Position numbers and translations under genes: made by a program. A stretch of 64,000 bases of DNA from an uncultured bacterium (GTDB lineage: Bacteria; Bacillota; Clostridia; Oscillospirales; Oscillospiraceae): assembly GCA_947383145.1 (NCBI GenBank), contig CANDCH010000007.1, positions 14,602-78,601 on the forward strand, written 5' to 3'. Numbering within the stretch: the first letter of the stretch is position 1; each line of letters starts with the position of its first letter. The notes under the pieces were generated by a model. It made no database searches. It saw only the letters and a list, made by a program, of their open reading frames with translations, and was not told where the DNA came from. Shown piece after piece: positions 9,819-20,926 of the stretch.

Positions 9819-10925
9819 TCAGCGCGCCCCCGCCAGGCACGCCTCCGAGACGGCGTTCAGCTCGTCCCAATGGGCCTCCATGTCCGCCACCAGCTTGCAC
9901 TGGGTGCGGGCCCGGTCCAGGTTCTGGCCGGGGCGGTCGATGTGGAAATAGGTATCCCCCTCCAGGTGGTCGGTGAGGAAGCGGATGCCGCACTCCAGGG
10001 TCATCAGCTTGGCCCCCCAGGGGAGGTAGCGGACCTCCGCCTCGGTGAGGGCGCCCCCCGCCGCCTCCAGAAACGCGGCGGCGTACACCCGGTACAGGTC
10101 CACGTCCAGGTTCACCTTGGACAGGTCCCGCTCGTCCTCGGCGCTGTGGTTGGCCCCGAAACGGATGGAGTCGCCGAAGTCGTTGATGGACAGGCCGGGC
10201 ATGACGGTGTCCAGGTCGATGACGCACAGGGCCTCCCCCGTCTTCTCATCCATGAGGACGTTGTTCAGCTTGGTGTCGTTGTGGGTGACCCGCAGGGGGA
10301 GCACCCCCTCCCGCAGGGCGCTGAGCGCTGCGGAGCAGTCGCTCTCCCTGGCCAGCATGAAGCCGATCTCCGCCCGGCAGTCCTTGGCCCGGTCCAGGGG
10401 GTCGGCGGCGATGGCCGCCTTGAGCCTGCGCAGGCGGTCCTCCGTGTCGTGGAAACGGGGGATGGTCTCGTGGAGGGTGGCGGCGGGGTAGTCCCGCAGC
10501 AGCCGCTGGAACCGGCCGAAGGCCCGGCCCGAGGCGGCGAACAGCTCCGGCGTCTCCGCCGCCTGATAGCACACGGTGCCCTCCACATAATAGAACACCC
10601 GCCAGACACCGCCCTGGCTGTCGGTGAAGCTGTGCCCGCCGTCCCTGGCGCGCACCACCGTCAGCGTCTCCCGGGCGGGGTCCCCCCCCTGGCGGGCAAT
10701 CTCCCGGCCCAGGTACTCGGTGACGCCCACCACGTTCTCCATCAGCTTGTCCGGCTCCTTGAAGGCGGCGGAGCTCACCCGCTGGAGGATAAAGCGCCGC
10801 CCCTCCCCCTCCACCAGAAAGGTGTCGTTGATGTGGCCCGCCCCGTAACGGACGGCCTCCACCGCCTCTTTCCCAAAGTCAAAGGCCGCCAGGGCCTCCC
10901 GCAGGGTCTGCTCTGCCTGTGCCAT
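9819..10925 (-). CDS. nahK: N-acetylhexosamine 1-kinase-like protein (APH/choline kinase fold)
   Basis: YGAGHINDTF, THNDTKLNNVL, VIDLDTVMPG, DFGDSIR; next to galE and gnpA. Confidence 0.75.
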   Translation of the reverse strand: MAQAEQTLREALAAFDFGKEAVEAVRYGAGHINDTFLVEGEGRRFILQRVSSAAFKEPDKLMENVVGVTEYLGREIARQGGDPARETLTVVRARDGGHSFTDSQGGVWRVFYYVEGTVCYQAAETPELFAASGRAFGRFQRLLRDYPAATLHETIPRFHDTEDRLRRLKAAIAADPLDRAKDCRAEIGFMLARESDCSAALSALREGVLPLRVTHNDTKLNNVLMDEKTGEALCVIDLDTVMPGLSINDFGDSIRFGANHSAEDERDLSKVNLDVDLYRVYAAAFLEAAGGALTEAEVRYLPWGAKLMTLECGIRFLTDHLEGDTYFHIDRPGQNLDRARTQCKLVADMEAHWDELNAVSEACLAGAR

Positions 10926-10968
10926 ATGCCTCTCCCTCCCGCCGGGTCAGGCCCGGCCTTGTCTGTTT

Positions 10969-11988
10969 TCAGCCCTTGTAGCCGTTGGGGTTCATGGACT
11001 GCCACTTGTAGGACGACGCGCACATCTCCTCGATGCCCAGCCTGGCCTCCCAGCCCAGCTCCTCCCGGGCCTTGGCGGGGTCGGCGTAGCACACGGCGAT
11101 GTCGCCGGGGCGGCGGGGCTCGATCACGTAGGGCAGGGCCTTCCCGCAGGCCTTCTCATAGGCGTGGAGCACGTCCAGCACGCTGTAGCCCTTGCCGGTG
11201 CCCAGGTTGCACACGAACAGGCCGCACTTGGCGTCCAGCTTCTTCAGCGCCGCCACATGGCCCTTCGCCAGGTCCACCACGTGGATATAGTCCCGCACAC
11301 CGGTGCCGTCGGGGGTGGGGTAGTCGTTTCCATAAACGTGGAGCTTCTCCAGCTGGCCTACGGACACCTTGGCGATATAGGGCACCAGGTTGTTGGGGAT
11401 GCCGTTGGGGTCCTCCCCCATGAGGCCGGAGGCATGGGCGCCGATGGGGTTGAAGTAGCGCAGCAGGGCCACGTTCAGCTCGGGGTCGGCGGCGCAGATG
11501 TCGGACAGGATGCGCTCCTGGAACAGCTTGGAGGTGCCGTAGGGGTTGGTGGTGCCGCCGGTGGGGAAGTCCTCCCGGATGGGGACGGTGGCCGGGTCGC
11601 CGTACACCGTGGCGGAGGAGGAGAACACAAAGTTCTTCACCCCGTGGCGGCGCATGGCCTGGAGCAGGTACAGGGTGCTGATGAGGTTGTTGGAGTAATA
11701 CTCCAGGGGCTTGGCGACGCTCTCCCCCACCGCCTTCAGCCCGGCGAAGTGAATGACCGCGTCGATGTCCGGGTACTGGGCGAACAGGGCCTCCACCTCG
11801 TCCTCATGGCACAGCTCCGCCTCCACAAAGGGGACGGGCTTCCCGGTGATCTTCTCCACGCGGTTCAGGGCCTCCCGGCTGGAGTTGGCCAGGTTGTCCG
11901 CCACCACGATCTCATAGCCCGCGTCAAGAAGCTCCACGCAGGTGTGGCTGCCGATATAACCGGCGCCGCCGCAGACCAGAATAGACAT
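10969..11988 (-). CDS. galE: UDP-glucose 4-epimerase
   Basis: GGAGYIGSH, HFAGLKAVGES, FSSSATVYG, YGTSK, LRYFNPIGAH. Confidence 0.97.
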   Translation of the reverse strand: MSILVCGGAGYIGSHTCVELLDAGYEIVVADNLANSSREALNRVEKITGKPVPFVEAELCHEDEVEALFAQYPDIDAVIHFAGLKAVGESVAKPLEYYSNNLISTLYLLQAMRRHGVKNFVFSSSATVYGDPATVPIREDFPTGGTTNPYGTSKLFQERILSDICAADPELNVALLRYFNPIGAHASGLMGEDPNGIPNNLVPYIAKVSVGQLEKLHVYGNDYPTPDGTGVRDYIHVVDLAKGHVAALKKLDAKCGLFVCNLGTGKGYSVLDVLHAYEKACGKALPYVIEPRRPGDIAVCYADPAKAREELGWEARLGIEEMCASSYKWQSMNPNGYKG

Positions 11989-12102
11989 ACAGACACGCTC
12001 CTTTTCAAAGTCGGTTTTCGGGGAGGCGGGCGGTTTTCCCGCCCCTCCGCTTGTATTATAACCGTGCCGGTGAAAAATGGGAATAGAAATATTGTCAATT
12101 TT

Positions 12103-12960
12103 TTATAGAATATTTACCCCTTTTTCCGTCCGCCGCCGGCGGCGGTACTCCATGGGGCTCATGCCCATCACCCGCCGGAAGCTCTGGGAGAAGTAGCTCA
12201 GGGAGGAAAAACCCAGAATCTGGGCGATCTGGGACAGGGAGTGGTCGGTCTCCCCCAGCAGGAAGCGGCTCTCCTGAATGCGCCGGGAGATCAGGTAGCT
12301 GATGGGGGAGGTGTTGAACTCCCGGCGGAAGGTGTGGGACAGGTAATACTTGTTGATATGGGCCAGCCCGGCCAGCTGGTCCAGGGTGAGGTTCTCCTTG
12401 AAGTGGTCGTCGATGTACTGCCGGACCAGATTGCACTCCCGGCTGGACCCGGCGGCGGCGGGGGGCGCCTCGGACAGGGCGAAGTCGTCCCGGCGGCGCA
12501 GGCGCAGCAGAATGACCTCCAGCAGGCGCTGGCAGATCTGGTCGCATCCGGCCCGGGGCTCCCGGCTCTCCTGGATAAGGATGCGCACACAGCCGGAGAT
12601 GGCGTCCTCCGCCGTCAGGTCCAGCAGGGCATAGCCCCCGGCGTCCCCCACCGTCTCCAGCCCCTCCACCCCCAGCACCACGTATTCCATGGGGCTTCCG
12701 TTCTGGCTGGTCTCGGTGTGGGGCACCCCGGCGTTCACCACCATCATGTCGCTGATCCCCACGGGGAACCGGGCCTCCCGGATGAGGAAGTCCCCCCGGC
12801 CCCCGGTGATGAAAAACAACTCCGCGCAGGTGTGGGAGTGGAGCTGGGAGGTCCACTCCTGGCTGTAATGGGTATAGGACACATAGCGCAGCCGGGGACG
12901 GCTGCGCTGAGCGCCCCCAGCGGGGGCGCTTTCCGCCAAAATGTATTGATGGGTGCTCAC
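12103..12960 (-). CDS. AraC-family regulator (cupin + HTH)
   Basis: HSHTCAELF cupin domain; C-terminal IAQILGFSSLSYFSQSFRR. Confidence 0.93.
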   Translation of the reverse strand: MSTHQYILAESAPAGGAQRSRPRLRYVSYTHYSQEWTSQLHSHTCAELFFITGGRGDFLIREARFPVGISDMMVVNAGVPHTETSQNGSPMEYVVLGVEGLETVGDAGGYALLDLTAEDAISGCVRILIQESREPRAGCDQICQRLLEVILLRLRRRDDFALSEAPPAAAGSSRECNLVRQYIDDHFKENLTLDQLAGLAHINKYYLSHTFRREFNTSPISYLISRRIQESRFLLGETDHSLSQIAQILGFSSLSYFSQSFRRVMGMSPMEYRRRRRTEKGVNIL

Positions 12961-13316
12961 GGCTCTCCCGGCCTCCTCCGCAATATCGCGAAAAATGGGG
13001 TGCTGGGTCGCTTTCCTCTATTATAATGGTTTTTATTCTCTTGTGCAACTGCTCTAAAAACTTTTTGCGCAATTCCCTCTCATCCTCCACATTTGTGTCA
13101 TTCCGACAAAAGGAACCGAAAGAAATCATGTATTATGCCCAAAACTTTTCCGAGCCGCCCGGTACTTTTATGTCAAACTGTAAAAGAAAGCAAGATTCAT
13201 AAAAACTGGAGCAACAATCGAATTGTCATTCCGGCTGGAAACCTTTACCCTAGACTTGTCAGGCGGGAAAAACCCGCCGCCAGCGCCACTACATATTTTG
13301 AAATGGAGGAACTGAA

Positions 13317-14660
<1,344 letters not shown>

Positions 14661-14764
14661 TCGGAATCCCCATAGCTTAACCCCGCATGATGGCAGGCGG
14701 CGCCCCCGCGGCGCCGCCTGCCATCTATATCCCGGCATCCAGTCAAGGAAGGAGAGAGCAAAAC

Positions 14765-15658
14765 ATGAGAAAAAACAAAAGCATGATCTTCTGGTTCTGC
14801 CTGCCCGCCCTGCTGTCCCTGCTCATCATGTTCGTCTATCCCGTGTGCCGCACGGTGATCATGAGCTTCTTCCAGGTGGAGAGCGTCACCGCCACCACGG
14901 CGGACTGGAGCTTCTACGGCCTGGGCAACTATTTCAAGATCTTCAACAGCGCCAGCTTCATGACCTCCATGCGCAACATGCTGCTGATCTGGCTGGTGGG
15001 CGGCGTGTTCACCCTGGCCATCGCCATGCTGATGGCGGTCATCGTCACCAGCGGCATCCGGGGCAAGAAGTTCTTCCGGGCCGCCATCTACATGCCCAAC
15101 ATCATCAGCGCCGTGGCCCTGGCCACCATGTGGATTCAGTACATCTTCAACTATGACTTCGGCATGCTCAACGAGATCGTCCAGTTTTTCGGCGGCGAGA
15201 AGGTCAAGTGGCTGGGCACCGACCTGAAATTCTGGGCCATGACCGGCTCCTTCATTTTCGGCAGCGTGGGCTATTACATGCTCATCTATATCAGCGGCAT
15301 CGAGGGCATCCCCCAGGACTTGTACGAGGCCGCCACCATCGACGGCGCGGGCAAGGGCAAGCAGTTCTTCTCCATCACCCTGCCCCTGCTCAAGGGCGTC
15401 ATCAAGACCTCCCTCACCTTCTGGAGCATCAACGCCACCACCTTCTTCCTCTGGTCTAAAATGTTCTCCCCCATCGACACCGAGTCGTCCACCATCGTGC
15501 CGGTGATCTACCTGTACGACATGGTGTTCGGCGGAAAGGGCATCACCACCCGGGACGCCGGGGCAGGCGCGGCGGTGGGCGTGGTGCTGACGCTTATCAT
15601 CATCGCGGTCTACCTGGTTACGGAGCGGCTCTTCAAGGGCAGCGACCTGGAATATTGA
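14765..15658 (+). CDS. sugar ABC transporter permease
   Basis: IPQDLYEAATIDGA (EAA motif); GGAGAG RBS before ATG 14765. Confidence 0.93.
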   Translation: MRKNKSMIFWFCLPALLSLLIMFVYPVCRTVIMSFFQVESVTATTADWSFYGLGNYFKIFNSASFMTSMRNMLLIWLVGGVFTLAIAMLMAVIVTSGIRGKKFFRAAIYMPNIISAVALATMWIQYIFNYDFGMLNEIVQFFGGEKVKWLGTDLKFWAMTGSFIFGSVGYYMLIYISGIEGIPQDLYEAATIDGAGKGKQFFSITLPLLKGVIKTSLTFWSINATTFFLWSKMFSPIDTESSTIVPVIYLYDMVFGGKGITTRDAGAGAAVGVVLTLIIIAVYLVTERLFKGSDLEY

Positions 15659-15674
15659 GCGGGGAGGGAGCGAC

Positions 15675-16520
15675 ATGAAAAAGATCAATTGGAAAAAGGA
15701 GCTGCGGCTTCTGCCCGGCTATATCGTAGTAGGGGTCTGGGTGCTGTTCACCGCCGTCATGCTGTTCTGGATTCTGGGCGCCAGCCTGTCCACCTCCCGG
15801 GAGATCTACAAGGGTGAGATCTTCCAGTTCGCCAGCGGCTTCCACTGGTCCAACTACGCCGACGCCTGGAACGCCCAGAACGTGTCCGTGTTCTTCGGCA
15901 ACTCCCTGCTGTACTCCGTCATCTCCTGCGCGGGAGTGCTGGCCATCTCCGCCCCGGCGGCCTACGTCCTCTCCCGCTGGCAGTTCACCGGCGGCAAGGC
16001 CCTGCGCATCGGCCTGGTCGTCGCCATGAGCGTGCCCGTCATCATGGTCATCATGCCCATCTACTCCCTGTCCGTGCAGTGGGGCATCAAGGGACGGGTG
16101 CTGCTGGTTATCCTTTACATCATGCTCCGGGTGCCGTATACCACAATCTATCTGCTGGACTTTTTCTCCACCCTGTCCCGCACCTATGAGGAGGCGGCCT
16201 ATCTGGACGGGTGCAGCGGCCCCAACACCTTCCTGAAGATCATGCTTCCCCTGGTGCAGCCGGCCATCGTCACGGTGACCATCTTCAACTTCATGTCCGT
16301 GTGGAACGAGTTCTTCATGGCCCTGATCTTCACCTCCAGCGAGACCATGGCCCCCGTGGGCGTGGGCCTGCTGAACATCATCAACTCCATGAAGTACACC
16401 GGCAACGTGGGCGGCATGTTCGCGGCGGTTATTATCGTGTTCCTGCCCACCTTCCTGCTCTACATCTTCATGTCCGAGAAGATCATCGCCGGCGTGACGG
16501 GCGGCGGCGTGAAGGGCTGA
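15675..16520 (+). CDS. sugar ABC transporter permease
   Basis: YEEAAYLDGC, WNEFFMAL, C-terminal GVTGGGVKG. Confidence 0.93.
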   Translation: MKKINWKKELRLLPGYIVVGVWVLFTAVMLFWILGASLSTSREIYKGEIFQFASGFHWSNYADAWNAQNVSVFFGNSLLYSVISCAGVLAISAPAAYVLSRWQFTGGKALRIGLVVAMSVPVIMVIMPIYSLSVQWGIKGRVLLVILYIMLRVPYTTIYLLDFFSTLSRTYEEAAYLDGCSGPNTFLKIMLPLVQPAIVTVTIFNFMSVWNEFFMALIFTSSETMAPVGVGLLNIINSMKYTGNVGGMFAAVIIVFLPTFLLYIFMSEKIIAGVTGGGVKG

Positions 16521-16606
16521 CTGAGCCCGCCGTCAAAGCAGCGCAATCTTTCCGCCCTCCGCCTTTCCGGGGCAGGGGCGGCACGAGAGGAGAACTCTTT
16601 ACAATT

Positions 16607-18814
16607 ATGGCAGATATCATTAACACAGGCCGGGTCACCATTCCCACCGACGTGGACGTGGTGCCCGAAACGCTGGAGCTGCTGAAGCGCTGGGGCGCGG
16701 ACGCCATCCGGGACTGCGACGGCACCGGCTTCCCCCAGGAGCTGCGGGGGGTGGGCGCCAAGGTGTACTCCACCTACTACACCACCCGGAAGGACAACGC
16801 CTGGGCCAAGGCAAACCCCGACGAGGTCCAGCAATGCTACATCATGACAGGCTTCCACACCGCCGCAGGCGGCCCCCTGTCCATCCCCCTGATGCGGGGG
16901 ATCAGCGGCGAGCTGCTGCGGGTGAACGACCGGGACGATATCAAGCGCTGGTGGGAGGTGATGGACCGCACCGCGGGCCGCCCCCTCCCGCCGGAGGACT
17001 GGCAGTACGACGGGCAGACCGGCTGCGTAACCATCGGCGCGCCCCAGGAGTTCCACGATTACACCGTCAGCTTCCTGGCCTATCTTATCTGGGACCCGGT
17101 GCATATGTACAACGCCGTCACCAACGGCTGGACCAATTTTGAGCACCAGATCACCTTTGACGTGCGCCAGCCCAAAACCCACCGGTACACCATGGAGCGG
17201 CTGCGCAGGTTCATCGCCGACCATCCCTATGTGGACGTCATCCGCTACACCACCTTCTTCCACCAGTTCACCCTCATCTTCGACGAGCTGAAGCGGGAGA
17301 AATACGTGGACTGGTACGGATACTCCGCCTCCGTCTCCCCCTACATCCTGGAGAAATTCGAGCGGGAGGTTGGTTACAAATTCCGCCCCGAGTTCATCAT
17401 CGACCAGGGGTACTACAACAACCAGTACCGCGCGCCGTCCAAGCAGTTCAAGGACTTCATGGCCTTCCAGCGCCGCGAGGTGGCCGCCCTGGCCAAGGAA
17501 ATGGTGGACATCACCCACGAGCTGGGCAAGGAGGCCATGATGTTCCTGGGCGACCACTTCATCGGCACCGAGCCCTATCTGGACGAGTTCAAGACCATCG
17601 GGCTGGACGCCGTGGTGGGCAGCGTGGGCAACGGCTCCACCCTGCGGCTCATCTCCGACATCCAGGGGGTGAACTACACCGAGGGCCGCTTCCTGCCCTA
17701 CTTCTTCCCGGACACCTTCCACGAGGGGGGCGACCCGGTGCGGGAGGCCAAGGAGAACTGGGTCACCGCCCGGCGGGCCATTTTGCGCAAGCCCATCGAC
17801 CGCATCGGCTACGGCGGATATCTCAAGCTGGCCTGCCGGTTCCCCGAATTCCTGGACTATGTGGAGTCCGTGTGCGGGGAGTTCCGGGAGCTGTACGCCA
17901 ACATCAAGGGAACCACCCCCTACTGCGTCAAAACCGTGGCGGTGCTCAACGCCTGGGGCCGCGCCCGGTCCTGGGGGTGCCACATGGTGCACCACGCCCT
18001 GTATCAGAAGCAGAACTACGCCTATGCCGGGGTGATCGAGGCCCTGTCCGGCGCGCCCTTCGACGTGCGGTTCCTCAGCTTCGACGATTTGAAGGCGGAC
18101 CCCCACGCCCTGGACGGCATCGACGTGGTTATCAACGTGGGCGGCGGCGACACCGCCCACACCGGCGGCGCGGTCTGGGAGGACCCGGAGATCTCCGCCG
18201 CGGTGAAGCGGTTCGTCTACAGCGGCGGCGGCCTGATCGGCGTGGGCGAGCCCTCCGGGCACCAGTACCAGGGCCGCTATTTCCAGCTGGCCTCCGTGCT
18301 GGGGGTGGAGAAGGAGACCGGCCTCACCCTGGGCTACGACAAATACAACTGGAAAATGCCGGAGCGCCTGGAGCATTTCATCCTGGCCGACTGCCCCAGG
18401 GAGACCGGCTTCAGCGTTCGGAACAATGGACGCCTGTTCGATTTCGGCCACGGGGGCCGGGACGTGTACGCCCTGGAGGGGACCCAGGTGCTGTATGAGC
18501 AGGACCGGGAGGTCCATCTGGCGGCCAACGAGTACGGCGCGGGCCGGGGCGTGTATATCTCCGGCCTGCCCTACAGCTTCGTCAACAGCCGCCTGCTCTA
18601 CCGGGCCATCCTGTGGTCCGCCCATGGGGAGGGAGAGCTCCACCGCTGGTTCTCCTCCAATGTCAACGCGGAGGTCCACGCCTTCGTGGAAAACGGCAAA
18701 TACTGCGTGGTCAACAACACCTACAAGCCCCAGTCCACCACTGTGTACCGGGGGGACGGCTCCAGCTTTCCCCTGGACCTGGCCGCCAACGAGATCCGCT
18801 GGTTCCAGATCTGA
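16607..18814 (+). CDS. gnpA: 1,3-beta-galactosyl-N-acetylhexosamine phosphorylase (GH112)
   Basis: TGRVTIPTD, WGADAIRDCDGT, WDPVHMYN, RYTTFFHQFTL, EGRFLPYFFPD; start 16607 after GAGGAG. Confidence 0.95.
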   Translation: MADIINTGRVTIPTDVDVVPETLELLKRWGADAIRDCDGTGFPQELRGVGAKVYSTYYTTRKDNAWAKANPDEVQQCYIMTGFHTAAGGPLSIPLMRGISGELLRVNDRDDIKRWWEVMDRTAGRPLPPEDWQYDGQTGCVTIGAPQEFHDYTVSFLAYLIWDPVHMYNAVTNGWTNFEHQITFDVRQPKTHRYTMERLRRFIADHPYVDVIRYTTFFHQFTLIFDELKREKYVDWYGYSASVSPYILEKFEREVGYKFRPEFIIDQGYYNNQYRAPSKQFKDFMAFQRREVAALAKEMVDITHELGKEAMMFLGDHFIGTEPYLDEFKTIGLDAVVGSVGNGSTLRLISDIQGVNYTEGRFLPYFFPDTFHEGGDPVREAKENWVTARRAILRKPIDRIGYGGYLKLACRFPEFLDYVESVCGEFRELYANIKGTTPYCVKTVAVLNAWGRARSWGCHMVHHALYQKQNYAYAGVIEALSGAPFDVRFLSFDDLKADPHALDGIDVVINVGGGDTAHTGGAVWEDPEISAAVKRFVYSGGGLIGVGEPSGHQYQGRYFQLASVLGVEKETGLTLGYDKYNWKMPERLEHFILADCPRETGFSVRNNGRLFDFGHGGRDVYALEGTQVLYEQDREVHLAANEYGAGRGVYISGLPYSFVNSRLLYRAILWSAHGEGELHRWFSSNVNAEVHAFVENGKYCVVNNTYKPQSTTVYRGDGSSFPLDLAANEIRWFQI

Positions 18815-18887
18815 GCCTGAATCCCGTATCCGCGGGCTCAAGCGCCGCCCGGGCGGACCCTTCCCCGCGGCGGTTTCCTGAAATAAA

Positions 18888-19048
18888 GGAAGGACTGATT
18901 AAATCGGCAAGAGCAGGTTGCGAAAAAATTTTGCGCCAGAATGCGGCGCGATTTTGCAGGAATAATTGTGTTTATTTCAAGAAATCGCAACAAAACTATG
19001 GCGCAAAATTTCCGCAAGATGCCGCAGACGCATTTAATCAGCGCTTCC
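18888..19048 (+). mobile_element. MITE copy 1 (161 bp, IS5-like ends)
   Basis: TIR GGAAGGACTGATTAAAT..ATTTAATCAGCGCTTCC, TAAA on both flanks; homologous to 42705-42864. Confidence 0.85.
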
Positions 19049-19055
19049 TAAACGC

Positions 19056-19090
19056 AAAGAGGACGCCTGATCCCTCAGGCGTCCTCTTTC
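19056..19090. terminator. intrinsic terminator after amidase gene
   Basis: AAAGAGGACGCCTGA-TCCC-TCAGGCGTCCTCTTT. Confidence 0.75.
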
Positions 19091-19110
19091 GCGGCGTTCC
19101 CGCCGCGCCG

Positions 19111-19893
19111 TTAACCCAGCTGTCCCATCCGGTCCAGCACCGTCAGCATCCGGCACAGGTCCTCGGACACGTTCAGCTCTCCGCTGCCGGTGCCGTTCAG
19201 CGCGCCCTTGGCCACGGCCTTGGATACGGCCTCCCGGTAATACTCCGGCACGTCGTCCAGGTTCTTGTAATACACCATGTCGTCCTCCTCCTCTCCGTCC
19301 ATCGTCCGGACCACATCGGCCCGGAAATCGTCCATATTCATCCCGAACCGGGGAAACCAGTTGTAAACATCCCCGTGGTTGCTGGCGATGCCCCGCCGGA
19401 AGCCGTCCTGGTGGCAGATCACCACCCCGTCCGCCAGCGGGTCCAGGCCGTACTCCCGGCACAGCATGGCCGTCAGCTCCACGGCGGTCCCGTAGGCCCG
19501 CCGGAAATACGCCGGGTCGGTGAGGCCGTCCTCGCAGATTTCAAAGGAGATGTGGGTGTTGTTGGCGCTGCCGCCGGTGCCGGTGCCCGCGTGCCAGCCC
19601 CGGCAGTTCCAGGGCAGGGTCTGCACCGCCGCCACCGAGCCGTCCGCCAGCCGCCCCACAAAGCCGTGGACGCAGGCGTTCAGCCCCGGGCGGTTCCAGT
19701 GGTTTCCGTTCCGGTTCACCCCCAGGGCGGCCAGCAGCTCCTCCCGTCCCGGGGTGGAGGCCAGGGGCTGCACATACCGCCGGAGGGCGGGGTTGTTGGC
19801 CCCGGTGGAGTGGACCATCACCCCGCTGGGCTTGATGGTCCGCCCCTCCTGAAAGCAGTCGTTTTCCGTGAGGAGGCATTTGAGCAGCTTCAT
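19111..19893 (-). CDS. N-acetylmuramoyl-L-alanine amidase (Amidase_2, endolysin-like)
   Basis: VMVHSTGANNP, GWHAG, ISFEICED, VICHQD, SNHGD; short C-terminal wall-binding module. Confidence 0.88.
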   Translation of the reverse strand: MKLLKCLLTENDCFQEGRTIKPSGVMVHSTGANNPALRRYVQPLASTPGREELLAALGVNRNGNHWNRPGLNACVHGFVGRLADGSVAAVQTLPWNCRGWHAGTGTGGSANNTHISFEICEDGLTDPAYFRRAYGTAVELTAMLCREYGLDPLADGVVICHQDGFRRGIASNHGDVYNWFPRFGMNMDDFRADVVRTMDGEEEDDMVYYKNLDDVPEYYREAVSKAVAKGALNGTGSGELNVSEDLCRMLTVLDRMGQLG

Positions 19894-20093
19894 CCCCCGC
19901 CTCCCCCCTTCTGCACGGTCCGCTCCAGCTGAGTGCCGAAGTAGAAGGCGATGATCACGGTGTACACCGTCATAAAATCCTGGCCCACATCTCCCCGCAG
20001 GGCCATCGCCGCGAACACCACCGTCAAGATCATGGTGACCAGCGACTTGACGCACAGCAGCCGGGCCAGACGTTCCTTCAGCAAATCCTTCAT
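19890..20093 (-). CDS. putative holin (2 TM, 67 aa)
   Basis: LLCVKSLVT..VIIAFYFGTQ, typical of small phage membrane proteins; ATGA overlap with amidase. Confidence 0.7.
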   Translation of the reverse strand: MKDLLKERLARLLCVKSLVTMILTVVFAAMALRGDVGQDFMTVYTVIIAFYFGTQLERTVQKGGGGG

Positions 20094-20236
20094 CCGATTC
20101 TCCTCTCTTTCCTGGTGTGGGCGGGCGTTCGCCCCCCTAACCACGGCTATGCGCCCCCCGCCGCCGCCGTGCCTGTCCAACCGGTCCGGCGTGTCAAAAT
20201 TCCCGCCCCGGAGAGTAAAAAGAGACAAAAAAAGAA

Positions 20237-20265
20237 TTGCCTATTTCCGTGCAATTGTGTATAAT
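20237..20265 (+). promoter_or_regulatory. sigmaA promoter of hpf
   Basis: TTGCCT-N17-TATAAT. Confidence 0.7.
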
Positions 20266-20311
20266 ATGGATATGAGGGGGACCTGCCCCCTAACCGAAAG
20301 GAGCTGAGCAC

Positions 20312-20851
20312 ATGAAGTTCACGTTCACAGACAAAAAGGTCAACCTGCCCAAATCCCTGCACAACTACGCCGAGAAGAAGGTAGGCAAGCTGGACCGTTA
20401 CTTCAAAAATGAGGCGGAGGCCAATCTGGTCTTCTCTGTGGAGAAGGACCGGAACAAGGTGGAGCTCACCATCCGTTCCGGGTCCACCATCCTGCGGGTG
20501 GCGGAGAGCACGTCGGACATGTTCGCGTCGGTGGACGCGGCGGTCACCTCCATGGAGCGCCAGCTGCGCAAGCACAAAACCCGCCTGGAAAAGCGGCTGC
20601 GCACCGGGGCGTTCGCCCCCGCCGAGCCCGCCGAGGAAACCTCCTTTGTCCCCGACGTGGAGGAGGACGAGTTCCACATCGTGCGCACCAAGAAATTCCC
20701 AATCAAACCGATGACGGTGGACGAGGCCATCCTCCAGATGGACCTGCTGGGCCACGCCTTCTACGCCTTCAAGGACGAGGACGGCGGCGCCTTCGCCGTG
20801 GTGTATAAAAGGAACGACGGCGGCTACGGCCTCATTGAGGACGAGGGCTGA
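20312..20851 (+). CDS. hpf: long-form ribosome hibernation promoting factor
   Basis: YAEKKVGKLDRYF, LRKHKTRL, KPMTVDEAILQMDLLGH, VYKRNDGGYGLIE. Confidence 0.95.
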   Translation: MKFTFTDKKVNLPKSLHNYAEKKVGKLDRYFKNEAEANLVFSVEKDRNKVELTIRSGSTILRVAESTSDMFASVDAAVTSMERQLRKHKTRLEKRLRTGAFAPAEPAEETSFVPDVEEDEFHIVRTKKFPIKPMTVDEAILQMDLLGHAFYAFKDEDGGAFAVVYKRNDGGYGLIEDEG

Positions 20852-20889
20852 CACAGCCCTCGCGCCGCCCCCGCTTCGGTCCTGAACGC

Positions 20890-20926
20890 CGGGAGAGCCC
20901 CCGCCAAGCGGGGGCTCTCCCGTTTT
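20890..20926 (+). terminator. intrinsic terminator of hpf
   Basis: CGGGAGAGCCCCCGC-CAA-GCGGGGGCTCTCCCG-TTTT. Confidence 0.85.

Noticed and set aside
9819..10925. Aminoglycoside resistance phosphotransferase
   Set aside because: Same fold, but motifs and the galE/gnpA context favour a HexNAc 1-kinase.
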